A DNA stretch of 64,000 bases from an uncultured Pseudomonadota bacterium (GCA_946613885.1 CAMOGA010000004.1:3205-67204); one strand, 5' to 3'. Shown: positions 17,182-26,827, counted from the stretch's first letter. The notes: a model not told the origin generated them from the letters alone. Translations and numbers: made by a program.

Positions 17182-19818
17182 TTACAACAATTTAACCTTG
17201 GTTGTAGTGGTTTGTGCCTCTTCCCATTCTTTGCAATAATTCTTTTTCGTCTTTTTGCAATTTTGGGTTGTGGTTTCTTTGGTGCATTCACCTGTTGATC
17301 TGTCAAATGTGGTTGACACTTTCATTTTATAATTCCAATTATTAACTTCCGAATTTCCAATAACCCCACCAGAAGCTGCGATAGATGCTGATGCAACGGT
17401 ACCAGCCACAACGGCTGCGCCAGCCACAACCGTCCCTATTGCGGTTTCTGTTCCTACTATAGAACCTATTATTCCTGCCCCAACTGCCGCACCTGTACCA
17501 GCCGTAAACACAGCCGCCACCACGGATGCCGCCGCGATAACCCCTACAGCAATCCATTTACCAACCTCATTGGCTTTCGGTGTTGCGGTATTCGGTAAAG
17601 TACTCCTTTCTGCCCAATCATAACATAATTGTTCTGCGGCATTTTTATTTTGTTCGCCTGCCATTTTAATCTGGTCTTGCATCATACGCGTCATTTCTTC
17701 ATCATATTTTTTGTTGTAATTTTCACGCGCCTTTTTCAATGCCTTGGTTGCAATTCTTTCACGCAAACTGTTTGTTAAATTCGGAAAGCGCGCATTTTCT
17801 TTACCAATCTTACCAAATTTTTTACCATCAAAACCTTCAACCTGACGACCGGTCATACAGTATATAACGTTCGGATCAGATTCAATGGCATGTATTGTGG
17901 TTTCGACACTGTTTTCCAATGCACGAATTTCAACACCATATACTAAATCAGCAATAATATCTTTATCTTCTTTGGCTAATTTATGTCCCGCCTGTTGCAG
18001 TTTTTGCATATATTCATCAACAGTTGTAAATCCATATTCGCCAGTTTTTGGATTTTTCAATGTATATTCAATATCACCCCAATACACAACACCAGACAAT
18101 TTACCCGCCCAACCTTTGCCTTCGGGTTGAGAAACATCTTTTGAAGAAATTCCATCCGCAGATTCACGACAATCCGATGTCCATGTTATTTCGTTACCGG
18201 ATATGCTGTCGTATTTACAAACCTGATATTTGAACGAACGCGAACCCGCCAATTCATCCAATGCGAAATTATTACAATCATCGGTATCACCACAAACCTT
18301 AACTGTTGCCTCGTCCAATGCCTTTTGACATGCAGTGAATAAATCATTATCAATTTGCAATGCGACACCCTGGGCAATTTGCGCGACATAATCACGCACA
18401 CTGTCTTTGTCATAATCGGTCATACATGCGACCAATTTTTCTTCTGGGCACATATTGCCAATTGTTTCTGTATCTAAACCGATGCATTTTGAATAATCTG
18501 CACCACAAATATCGGTCAAACATTCTTTAACCTCGGTCGTACAAGCATCAACACGCATTGCCCCTAAACGCGCGACAACATAATCCCAAATTGCAGGTTC
18601 CATACGTTCACATGGATCAATTTGTACTTTACAGAAAGAACGTGCCATATCCGGTTTTGCCAGACATGCATCCATTGTTGCAACACCTTTGCCCGCAATA
18701 TCATCTTTACACGCCTTTTGAATACATGTTGAAATATCACCCATACATGATTGGCGTTTTTGTGATTCTATATTTTGTTCTGCCAAACGAATTGTTGGTG
18801 CAGATTCACGCAAGAAATCATCCCACACATAATCACGCACCGAAACACATTGATCCAAAACCTTTTCACAAATAAAACGTTTAGAATCTAATCTTTCCAT
18901 TGTAGATGCGGTTATATCGTATTTTTTTATTGTTTCAACCTTGGTACCGGCTGTACTGACGGCACGGTTATTTTGCATATTTTCAGCCGCAATAGTAAAC
19001 ACACATTGCCCCCAATCAGAACCACATGCATCATCACCCATCATACATTTTTTAAATTCAACCATACACGTTCCGCGGTCATATTTGTTTGATTGTGCCA
19101 AAGAATCTTTTAACGCGCCACGCACAGCCGCCTGAGCAGATTTTAATGCCGCGTTGGCTTCTTGTTTTTTCTGGGTTATGCTGTTTGCCAATCCTTTGCA
19201 ATCCGAAGTAATTTGACGCAAATACATCTGTGTTAATAATTTCATATCTTTACTGCAAGAATCAGGAACCTGTTTTTGACATAATTTATTTGCAGAATCA
19301 TATAATGCACGACCAGTTAAATCTGACAGTTCTTCATCATCAAAAGCATCTTCGTCATCATCGTAAATTGAAGACCATTTAACTGTTGTTTTTTCTTTTT
19401 CTTGTGGTTTATTTTTTAATTTCTGAACAGAACCGTCCGCATTATAAACCCTTTCGCCACCACCAAATATAATATCTGCGTTGGCACCCGCCTGAACTTT
19501 TTCAACCTCTTCAGTACTAATACGTTCGGCCTCGGCCAAAGTTTTTCTGATTTCTTCTAAATCAGATTCATATTTTTTGGATTCATCACTGCAAGAACAC
19601 GAACCTCCATTTTCATTATCAACAATACAAAAATTATCCATACATGCATAATATGTATTATAACATTCTTCGTCATAAACCCCGGTTGCCTCTACTCTGG
19701 CCCGAACCTTAGTTCCACCAGTAATTGCGGAAGATTTAGAAGCAGCAAACGAATCGCCTGTTATAGCAAACACACCCAACAAACCGACAAATAAACCAAA
19801 CCTAAAAAAGTGCTTCAT
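17182..19818 (-). CDS. CMD-box cysteine-rich secreted protein, paralog A (878 aa), with C-terminal Gly-zipper hydrophobic region
   Basis: GGAGAGAGAG SD, signal peptide (..DSFA|AS), about 36 Cys, motif CYNTYYACMDNFCIVDNENGGSCSCSD. Colinear with the 894-, 725- and 772-aa ORFs. No family recognised. Confidence 0.85.
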   Translation of the reverse strand: MKHFFRFGLFVGLLGVFAITGDSFAASKSSAITGGTKVRARVEATGVYDEECYNTYYACMDNFCIVDNENGGSCSCSDESKKYESDLEEIRKTLAEAERISTEEVEKVQAGANADIIFGGGERVYNADGSVQKLKNKPQEKEKTTVKWSSIYDDDEDAFDDEELSDLTGRALYDSANKLCQKQVPDSCSKDMKLLTQMYLRQITSDCKGLANSITQKKQEANAALKSAQAAVRGALKDSLAQSNKYDRGTCMVEFKKCMMGDDACGSDWGQCVFTIAAENMQNNRAVSTAGTKVETIKKYDITASTMERLDSKRFICEKVLDQCVSVRDYVWDDFLRESAPTIRLAEQNIESQKRQSCMGDISTCIQKACKDDIAGKGVATMDACLAKPDMARSFCKVQIDPCERMEPAIWDYVVARLGAMRVDACTTEVKECLTDICGADYSKCIGLDTETIGNMCPEEKLVACMTDYDKDSVRDYVAQIAQGVALQIDNDLFTACQKALDEATVKVCGDTDDCNNFALDELAGSRSFKYQVCKYDSISGNEITWTSDCRESADGISSKDVSQPEGKGWAGKLSGVVYWGDIEYTLKNPKTGEYGFTTVDEYMQKLQQAGHKLAKEDKDIIADLVYGVEIRALENSVETTIHAIESDPNVIYCMTGRQVEGFDGKKFGKIGKENARFPNLTNSLRERIATKALKKARENYNKKYDEEMTRMMQDQIKMAGEQNKNAAEQLCYDWAERSTLPNTATPKANEVGKWIAVGVIAAASVVAAVFTAGTGAAVGAGIIGSIVGTETAIGTVVAGAAVVAGTVASASIAASGGVIGNSEVNNWNYKMKVSTTFDRSTGECTKETTTQNCKKTKKNYCKEWEEAQTTTTKVKLL

Positions 19819-19840
19819 CTCTCTCTCCGTGTAAAATGGT

Positions 19841-22018
19841 TTACATATTTATGTCTTCACAAGATTCGATTTGCTGACAAAAATCGGTTTTCCCGCCAGA
19901 TTGATACCCCAACACACCGGCACCAACCGCACCAACAACACCACCAATTGCCGTTCCCCATCCAGCATTTATCATTGTTCCTGCGGATGCGCCTGCGGAC
20001 AAACCACCGGCTGCTGCCTTCAATGCGGCGGTTGATTTTTTCTCGCCACCTTGTTCGCAAACCTGTTGCATACGACACACATGACAATTACGTGTATTTG
20101 GTTCAAACGAAACACTTTTTATATACATGTAATTTGATTTTGAATTCTTTGGTTGTTCTGCTTTGTATGTATTCAAACAAACCTGTTCCGCCTTGCTTAC
20201 ATCAGCTTTGCGTGTTAATTCTGCAATTTTCGTATCTAATTCACGCAAATTACGATTTTCTGCTGACATTTTTGCCAATAATTTTGCGGTATTAAATACA
20301 TTTGTTCCCAAAGAATTTTTTCCTTTCAATTTTTTACCACTGCCACTTTGTGAATCAGCGCATGCCGCAACCGTCTTGTCACGTTCAAATTGTTTGAAAA
20401 ATTCTTCAACAGACGCATCAGAGGCAGCGATTATCTTTGCACGCAAATTCGCAGATTTTGATTCAGTATCAGGCAGTTCTGTTAATTTTTCTACATCGTT
20501 TACAATTGGTAAACACGCCATATCTGTCCCACAAACCTTGCTTAATTGTTCACTAAAATAATTTACACAACCTGTTAACATCTGGTAATCCATTTGCAGA
20601 ATCGCAGATTGCACAATTATATCAAATTGAACTGCATTTTTACACGATGGGAACATACTCTGTGGACACAATGCTACAATTTCATACGATTTTTTACCAA
20701 CACATTCTGGTTTAGTAAAATCAACACCGCATTTATCTTGCAAGCATTTATCAACATCATTTTCACAGAATTTTGTCTGTAAATACCCCAGTTTATCATT
20801 AATTACAGATTGAAACCCAGGAATCATGTCATTACATTCTGTGATAACTGGACATATTCCAGCCGCCACATTAACATTAGTCAAACATTCCGCATTTGTA
20901 GATGTAGAACAACTTTCTTCCAAACAATTTTGAACACGTGCCAAACACGTTCCACGCTTGTTTGTATCTGCGTATTTTGCCGCCTCTGCCAGAACGCTTT
21001 TGGATTCAGCCGCCCAATCTTCGACAACATAATCACGTACCGCCATACACTGATCCAGAATATTATCACACGCATTTGAACGACGTTGCAATAATCCTGC
21101 ATCCAGACAGTTTTCAAAATTTGCACCACAACCACCCTTGTCTGCTATGCACGCACGATATGCCAACAAACATTCGCCACGATTGTATTTGTTTGTTGTG
21201 TCCAACATTTCCAAACGCGCTTTGCGAACCGCAGATTCCGCAATACGTTTATTAGATTCTGCATTTGCCTTTTGTTCTTTCAAATACGCATCATAAGTTT
21301 TGCAATCTTGGGTCACCATACGAGAATATAACAATTCTTCCATTTTTGCCCTATCACCACATGCCGCCAAATCTGGTTTACAATATTTTACCGCCATACC
21401 ATACAAAGAATCGCCAATTTCCACATCTTCATCCAAATCGCCACTATCATCACCAGATAACCAAGACATAAAATCTATACTGGAAATTTTCTGACTGGCC
21501 GGCGCATCATCTTTGAACACCAATCGTGCCTTGGCACCCAATTGTTCACGTTCGACACCTTCGGTAAACAATTTGTCGGCTTCTTCTTGAATTTTTAAAA
21601 CTTCATTAATTTTACTTTTGGCGCGTTCTATATTATCAGAACATGCGCAACGTTCACCCTGGCTTTCATCCAACAAACAAAAATTATCCATACATTCACG
21701 ATACGCATCACGACAATCGTTTGACGATACAACCGCATCATCAGACGCATCAACCATATCATCATCCGAATCGTCTGCAACATCATCATACACAGGCAAT
21801 GCCTGAGCCGCCGCAACAGTGTCGGCAGTAATCATTGCCCCAGCCGAAGTCGAAGTATTTGTATTTGTTTGTATGGCTTTGCCGGCCATACCTGGCATAC
21901 GTGCCGATGTTTGATTATTTCTGCTGACCCCAACGCGAACCTCGCTATCCCCGCGAGATGCCGCAAACGCGACCATTGGAACTAATAAAACCAACGGTAA
22001 AATTTTTATTATTTTCAT
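19841..22018 (-). CDS. CMD-box cysteine-rich secreted protein, paralog B (725 aa), with Gly-zipper near the C-terminus
   Basis: ATG 22018 (MKIIKILPLVLL...) lies 9 nt after an AGAGGGA SD. Contains CRDAYRECMDNFCLLDESQGERCACSD. Stop is 22 nt upstream of the paralog A start, suggesting an operon. Confidence 0.85.
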   Translation of the reverse strand: MKIIKILPLVLLVPMVAFAASRGDSEVRVGVSRNNQTSARMPGMAGKAIQTNTNTSTSAGAMITADTVAAAQALPVYDDVADDSDDDMVDASDDAVVSSNDCRDAYRECMDNFCLLDESQGERCACSDNIERAKSKINEVLKIQEEADKLFTEGVEREQLGAKARLVFKDDAPASQKISSIDFMSWLSGDDSGDLDEDVEIGDSLYGMAVKYCKPDLAACGDRAKMEELLYSRMVTQDCKTYDAYLKEQKANAESNKRIAESAVRKARLEMLDTTNKYNRGECLLAYRACIADKGGCGANFENCLDAGLLQRRSNACDNILDQCMAVRDYVVEDWAAESKSVLAEAAKYADTNKRGTCLARVQNCLEESCSTSTNAECLTNVNVAAGICPVITECNDMIPGFQSVINDKLGYLQTKFCENDVDKCLQDKCGVDFTKPECVGKKSYEIVALCPQSMFPSCKNAVQFDIIVQSAILQMDYQMLTGCVNYFSEQLSKVCGTDMACLPIVNDVEKLTELPDTESKSANLRAKIIAASDASVEEFFKQFERDKTVAACADSQSGSGKKLKGKNSLGTNVFNTAKLLAKMSAENRNLRELDTKIAELTRKADVSKAEQVCLNTYKAEQPKNSKSNYMYIKSVSFEPNTRNCHVCRMQQVCEQGGEKKSTAALKAAAGGLSAGASAGTMINAGWGTAIGGVVGAVGAGVLGYQSGGKTDFCQQIESCEDINM

Positions 22019-22044
22019 ATGAAACATTCCCTCTTTACCGTTTT

Positions 22045-22073
22045 ATTTTATCAAAAAATATGTCTGGTTGCAA
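22045..22073 (-). promoter_or_regulatory. Predicted promoter (TTGCAA-17-TAAAAT) of the paralog B-A operon
   Basis: Minus strand: TTGCAA (22073-22068) and TAAAAT (22050-22045). Confidence 0.4.
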
Positions 22074-22150
22074 GAGACAACGTAAAAAATCCTTGCATTT
22101 TATTTTTTGACTAATATCATTATAAGTAATTGAAAAACAAGGTTATTAAT

Positions 22151-22405
22151 ATGGCAAAAGATGATGTAATTGTTTTTTCTGGTGTTGTTGAAGACAGATT
22201 ACCAAACACTATGTTTCATGTCCGGTTGGAAAACGGTCATGTGATTTTGGCAACTGTTTGTGGTAAAATGCGCAAGGCACGCATCTGGGTCAACGTTGGT
22301 GAAAAGGTTCATGTTGAAATGACACCGTATGATTTAGACAAAGGTCGTATTACATTTGTTGAGCGTAAAAATGCCGGAACCGAAGGCGCACCCAACCATC
22401 AATAA
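22151..22405 (+). CDS. infA: Translation initiation factor IF-1 with a 12-aa C-terminal extension
   Basis: [42 protein letters not shown]...[12 protein letters not shown]. The track start at 22130 is TTG; ATG is at 22151. Confidence 0.95.
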   Translation: MAKDDVIVFSGVVEDRLPNTMFHVRLENGHVILATVCGKMRKARIWVNVGEKVHVEMTPYDLDKGRITFVERKNAGTEGAPNHQ

Positions 22406-22406
22406 A

Positions 22407-22430
22407 CAAACCACATTTTGTGGTTTTTTT
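22407..22430 (+). terminator. Rho-independent terminator after infA
   Basis: AAACCACA-tttt-GTGGTTT followed by a T run. Confidence 0.55.
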
Positions 22431-22490
22431 ATTTTTTTATTCTTGCTTAAAATATTCTGTTTTTGTTATCATTATCTGTGAAAGTAAAGG

Positions 22491-24809
22491 ATGAGAAAAA
22501 TTTGTCTGATTTTAATCGGGCTTGTGTTGTGCATTAATAATGTTAATGCGGCTGTTCGTAATACTAACACACAAAATACAAGACAAATTGTATCCCCAAG
22601 AAATGATGTGAACACAATTGTTCGTGCAACCACGCAAAAACGTACTGTCACACAACGTTCATCTGGCAAAAATCAGAATACATCTGTGCGCGGAACTGCT
22701 AAAAAAACAGTAATTGGTCGTTCTGCAACGCAACCGATTACGTCTGCACGTAATAATATTGCACAACCAACCCGCGTATCACGTGCTGCAACAAATAATA
22801 TAAAAACACGTACATTTGGTGATAATTATAATTCATGTCGCGATGCATACTTTACGTGTATGGATCAATTTTGTGCAAATGTAAATGAAAATTATCGTCG
22901 CTGCGTTTGTTCGTCTAAATTAAAAGATATTCAAAACAAAGAAAAATTATTATCACAAACATCAACCAATCTGCAAAGTTTCGAAGATTTTAATATTGAT
23001 GCGATTTCAAAAACTGCCGCTGAGGTAAAAGCAATGGGTTCTGCAACAGCCGGTGAATCCGCAATAAAAAAAGACACATCTGCCAGTGCAAAAACATTAA
23101 ACAGCGTCAGTAGTGTTTTAAGTGATACAAAAAAACAATCTTTATCAACCGCTGGGAAATTAGATGCGGGTGGCGACATCAAAACAATCTGGGCAACAAC
23201 CGATTTTATTGGTGGTGCAGATATTGCCAATCTGACAGGCGATGCATTATTTAATGCAGTTCATTCACAATGCGCAGAAATGGTTGCTGAATCTTGTGCA
23301 GATTCTAATTTGAAAATGGTATCTTCTGCATATGGAATGTATATTGAAAATGATTGTGCGGTATTAGAAAATAACCTGAATAAAAAAACAACCGCGGCAA
23401 ATGCATCAATACGAACAACGCGTCATAAAATGCAGGACGCACGTTTGGAAAATTATAATGCACACAATTCATTAAATCTGGATGATTGTATTGCACGTGT
23501 TCGTTCAGATATTATCGCGGATACCGCATGTGGTGATGGATATATTCATTGTTTAGATTTTTCCGGTAAATATTTAAATATCACAACAGGTGCACCAATT
23601 TATTCGCCAGATTTTTACCAAATCGAAAATCAAATATCTTTATCTGGTGATGTTTTAAATAACAGTCAAAATTCATCGTTTATTACGATGCTGAACAAAA
23701 AACGGGCATTTGCCAAAAAAGATTTAGATTTATGTGTTGATGATGCAGATTATGTATGGAACGAATTTTTACGTCAGGCATTGGTTGAAATTTATCAGGG
23801 TCAACAAAAACGTGTTCAAAATGTAAAAAATGAATGTTTACAGGTTGTAAATGAATGTTATTTGAATCAATCTGAATCTTTGAAAAATTTTACAGATTCT
23901 TCTTCGCAAATGATATTCGTGCAATCGCTGGAATTATCCGAAGAAATGTGTGCTGAAAAACTGGATACTTGCAGCAACCTGTACGGTGGTGGCCCAGAAG
24001 GGTTAAACACATTAATTGCAACAATGACTGGCATAACAGATTTAACCATAGAACAATCATGTCCTGCGTTATTGGCAACATATGCTCAATCTATATGCAC
24101 CCCACCTGCCAGCGATTCTGCACATGCATATCCATACGGGTGTCGTAAATATGCGCCTGGTGAATCGTATTATGCCCGTAATGAAATATGCAATACAACA
24201 CTTGTAAATCCGTTTTCACGCTCTGATATTTTAACAACACACACAATGTCTTTGGGATATGCAGATTATGCCGGATATTGTGAAGATAAATCATATAATA
24301 AAATATATACCAGTTGTAATGTCGGATATTATTTACATAACACTGAATGTGCAAATTCAGACAGGGTTCTTTATGATTTTTGTTTACTTAACGCAACAGA
24401 ATGTCTTAAATGTCCTGATAATTTAATATGCCCTGGTGGGACAAAGGCGCCTGTTTCGATTGATGATGATTTGTACCAAAATTGCGGACAATATTATGTT
24501 GGCAGTTTATACCAACAATTGGTTATATACGCATTGCAAAATTGCACACGAACAACAAATACATCAAATGTGTTATCAGAATATCTGTTGTCAGAGGTTG
24601 ATAAAGTAGCAACCAGTGTTCGTATGTCTTTGGTATCTGCTTTGTCCAAAGAATGTTCCGATATGAACGGGTTGTGGGTTGATGCAATATGGTCAGATGA
24701 CAACAATGACGGATACCATGATAAAACTGGGGATACATTATTTGGTGATTTCTATGTTGCAACGGGCGCGAATAAATTGTGGGGTTATTGTAAAAATCCA
24801 AACCAATAA
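22491..24809 (+). CDS. CMD-box cysteine-rich secreted protein, paralog C (772 aa), with CxxCP-type C-terminal module
   Basis: Signal peptide (..NNVNA|AV), R/T/N-rich region, CRDAYFTCMDQFCANVNENYRRCVCSS and later family motifs. The C-terminus contains CLKCPDNLICPGG. Confidence 0.85.
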   Translation: MRKICLILIGLVLCINNVNAAVRNTNTQNTRQIVSPRNDVNTIVRATTQKRTVTQRSSGKNQNTSVRGTAKKTVIGRSATQPITSARNNIAQPTRVSRAATNNIKTRTFGDNYNSCRDAYFTCMDQFCANVNENYRRCVCSSKLKDIQNKEKLLSQTSTNLQSFEDFNIDAISKTAAEVKAMGSATAGESAIKKDTSASAKTLNSVSSVLSDTKKQSLSTAGKLDAGGDIKTIWATTDFIGGADIANLTGDALFNAVHSQCAEMVAESCADSNLKMVSSAYGMYIENDCAVLENNLNKKTTAANASIRTTRHKMQDARLENYNAHNSLNLDDCIARVRSDIIADTACGDGYIHCLDFSGKYLNITTGAPIYSPDFYQIENQISLSGDVLNNSQNSSFITMLNKKRAFAKKDLDLCVDDADYVWNEFLRQALVEIYQGQQKRVQNVKNECLQVVNECYLNQSESLKNFTDSSSQMIFVQSLELSEEMCAEKLDTCSNLYGGGPEGLNTLIATMTGITDLTIEQSCPALLATYAQSICTPPASDSAHAYPYGCRKYAPGESYYARNEICNTTLVNPFSRSDILTTHTMSLGYADYAGYCEDKSYNKIYTSCNVGYYLHNTECANSDRVLYDFCLLNATECLKCPDNLICPGGTKAPVSIDDDLYQNCGQYYVGSLYQQLVIYALQNCTRTTNTSNVLSEYLLSEVDKVATSVRMSLVSALSKECSDMNGLWVDAIWSDDNNDGYHDKTGDTLFGDFYVATGANKLWGYCKNPNQ

Positions 24810-24825
24810 AATTAATATGATAAAA

Positions 24826-24852
24826 AAACACCCGCGATTCATCGGGTGTTTT
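24826..24852. terminator. Bidirectional terminator between paralog C and clpX
   Basis: ACACCCG...CGGGTGT hairpin flanked by an A run upstream and a T run downstream. Confidence 0.55.
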
Positions 24853-24862
24853 TTTATTTGTT

Positions 24863-26140
24863 CTATGCCGCCTTTTTGGTTTTTGTTTCTGTTTCTGCAT
24901 ATATTTCCATTGGCGGTTTTTTGCCAGCAACAACCTTGGCATCAATAACGATTTCTTTTAAATCTTTTTTATCGGGCGCATCAAACATAGGTTGCAATAA
25001 AATCTTTTCCAAAATTGAACGCAAACCGCGCGCACCTGTTTTTCTTTCAATTGCTAATTTTGCAATCGCAGATAAACCGTCTTTGGTAATATTCAATTTA
25101 ATATTATCCATTTCTAACATTGCGGCATATTGTTTTACAATCGCATTTTTAGGTTCTGTTAAGATTTTTATTAATGCCGTCTCGTCCAATGGTTGCAAAG
25201 TCGTAACAATTGGCAAACGACCGATTAATTCAGGAATTATTCCAAATTTTACCAAATCACTTGATTGAACATCACTTAATCTGTCACGTTCTTCACGTTC
25301 TGTTTTATCGGATACATCTGCGCCAAAACCGATACCTGCACGTGCATTTGTCCGCGATGCAATAATTTTATTTAATCCGTCAAACGCGCCACCGCATATA
25401 AACAAAATCTTGCTGGTATCTAATTGGACAGTTGATTCGCCTGGGTGTTTACGTCCACCACCCCCCGCAGGAACGTTTGCAATTGTGCCTTCGATTAATT
25501 TCAATAATGCCTGTTGAACACCCTCGCCCGAGACATCACGTGTCAGGGATGGGTTTTCAGATTTACGTGAAATTTTATCAATTTCATCAATATAAATAAT
25601 TCCACGTTGTGCACGTTCTACATCAAAATTTGCATTTTGCAACAAACGTGTTAACACAGATTCTACGTCATCACCGACATATCCGGCCTCGGTCAACGTT
25701 GTTGCGTCAGCAATTGCAAACGGAACATCCAACACACGCGCCAAAGTTTGTGCAAATAATGTTTTACCAGTACCTGTTGAACCAATCATTAAAATATTAG
25801 ATTTTTGAATTTCCACATTTGACGCCAATGATGCACTGTTGCGTTTATAATGGTTATATACCGCAACCGCCAGCGTTCGTTTGGCTTCGTCTTGACCGAT
25901 AACATATTCGTTCAAAAACGCGTAAATCTGGGATGGTGTTGGCAATTCAGATGCATCTTTGGTAATTTGCATTTGTTTGTCATCTGCCATAATATCATTA
26001 CATAAATTTATACATTCGTCACAAATACAAACACCGCGACCGCTGACCAGTTTCTTAACTTCATATACAGATTTACCACAAAAACTGCAAAATTGCTGTT
26101 CTTTTTCTGGTGTGTTATTTTGTGTTTTGTCGTCACTCAT
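24863..26140 (-). CDS. clpX: ATP-dependent Clp protease ATP-binding subunit ClpX
   Basis: Zinc-binding CSFCGK...CICDEC, Walker A GSTGTGKT, Walker [10 protein letters not shown]. The track start at 26158 is TTG; ATG is at 26140. Confidence 0.95.
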   Translation of the reverse strand: MSDDKTQNNTPEKEQQFCSFCGKSVYEVKKLVSGRGVCICDECINLCNDIMADDKQMQITKDASELPTPSQIYAFLNEYVIGQDEAKRTLAVAVYNHYKRNSASLASNVEIQKSNILMIGSTGTGKTLFAQTLARVLDVPFAIADATTLTEAGYVGDDVESVLTRLLQNANFDVERAQRGIIYIDEIDKISRKSENPSLTRDVSGEGVQQALLKLIEGTIANVPAGGGGRKHPGESTVQLDTSKILFICGGAFDGLNKIIASRTNARAGIGFGADVSDKTEREERDRLSDVQSSDLVKFGIIPELIGRLPIVTTLQPLDETALIKILTEPKNAIVKQYAAMLEMDNIKLNITKDGLSAIAKLAIERKTGARGLRSILEKILLQPMFDAPDKKDLKEIVIDAKVVAGKKPPMEIYAETETKTKKAA

Positions 26141-26158
26141 GTTAAAACCCCGTATCAA

Positions 26159-26740
26159 TTATTTACGTGTTAAAATACCATCAATCAATCCAAATTCTTT
26201 TGCGGCATTGGCATCCATCCAGTTATCACGTTCCATAGCATCAAAGATTTCCTTTTCTTTGTGTCCGGTAAAGTCAGCCATTTTTTGTGTAATCAATTTT
26301 TTTAATCTTTGACCTTCACGCAGGGAAATTTCCATATCTGTAATCATACCCTGGGTTCCGGCAGATGGTTGGTGAATCATCACTGTCGCATCAGGTAATA
26401 CGAAACGTTTACCCTTGGTGCCCGCTGCCAACAGTACAGATGCCATAGAAGCAACAACCCCCATACCAATTGTTGTGATATTTGGTTTAATATATTGCAT
26501 TGTATTCATAATTGCCAAACCGGCATATACTTCACCACCAGGCGAATTGATATACAAAGAAATATCGGCATTTGGATTTTCAGATTCCAAAAATAATAAC
26601 TGGGCAACAATAGTATTTGCCATATTTGTTTCAATTGGTCCAGACACCATAACAATCCTGTCCCGCAACAAGCGTGAATAAATATCAAACGAACGTTCAC
26701 CCTTGGGCGATTCTTCAATAACAATAGGTACCAATGACAT
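26159..26740 (-). CDS. clpP: ATP-dependent Clp protease proteolytic subunit ClpP
   Basis: Canonical YINSPGG, GVVASMASVLLAAG and MIHQP motifs, directly upstream of clpX. Confidence 0.95.
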   Translation of the reverse strand: MSLVPIVIEESPKGERSFDIYSRLLRDRIVMVSGPIETNMANTIVAQLLFLESENPNADISLYINSPGGEVYAGLAIMNTMQYIKPNITTIGMGVVASMASVLLAAGTKGKRFVLPDATVMIHQPSAGTQGMITDMEISLREGQRLKKLITQKMADFTGHKEKEIFDAMERDNWMDANAAKEFGLIDGILTRK

Positions 26741-26827
26741 AATAAAATCCTTTTTTATACTGAATTGTATTTGAATTATAACATGTATTTCCCCGATTCG
26801 CCAATTTTATATACCGATATTACCTTT

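Noticed and set aside
17342-17557. Gly/Arg-rich 71-aa ORF, and the 19857-20087 ORF, on the minus strand
   Set aside because: These are alternative-frame readings of the Gly-zipper-encoding GC-richer segments of paralogs A and B. They are fully nested in much longer ORFs.
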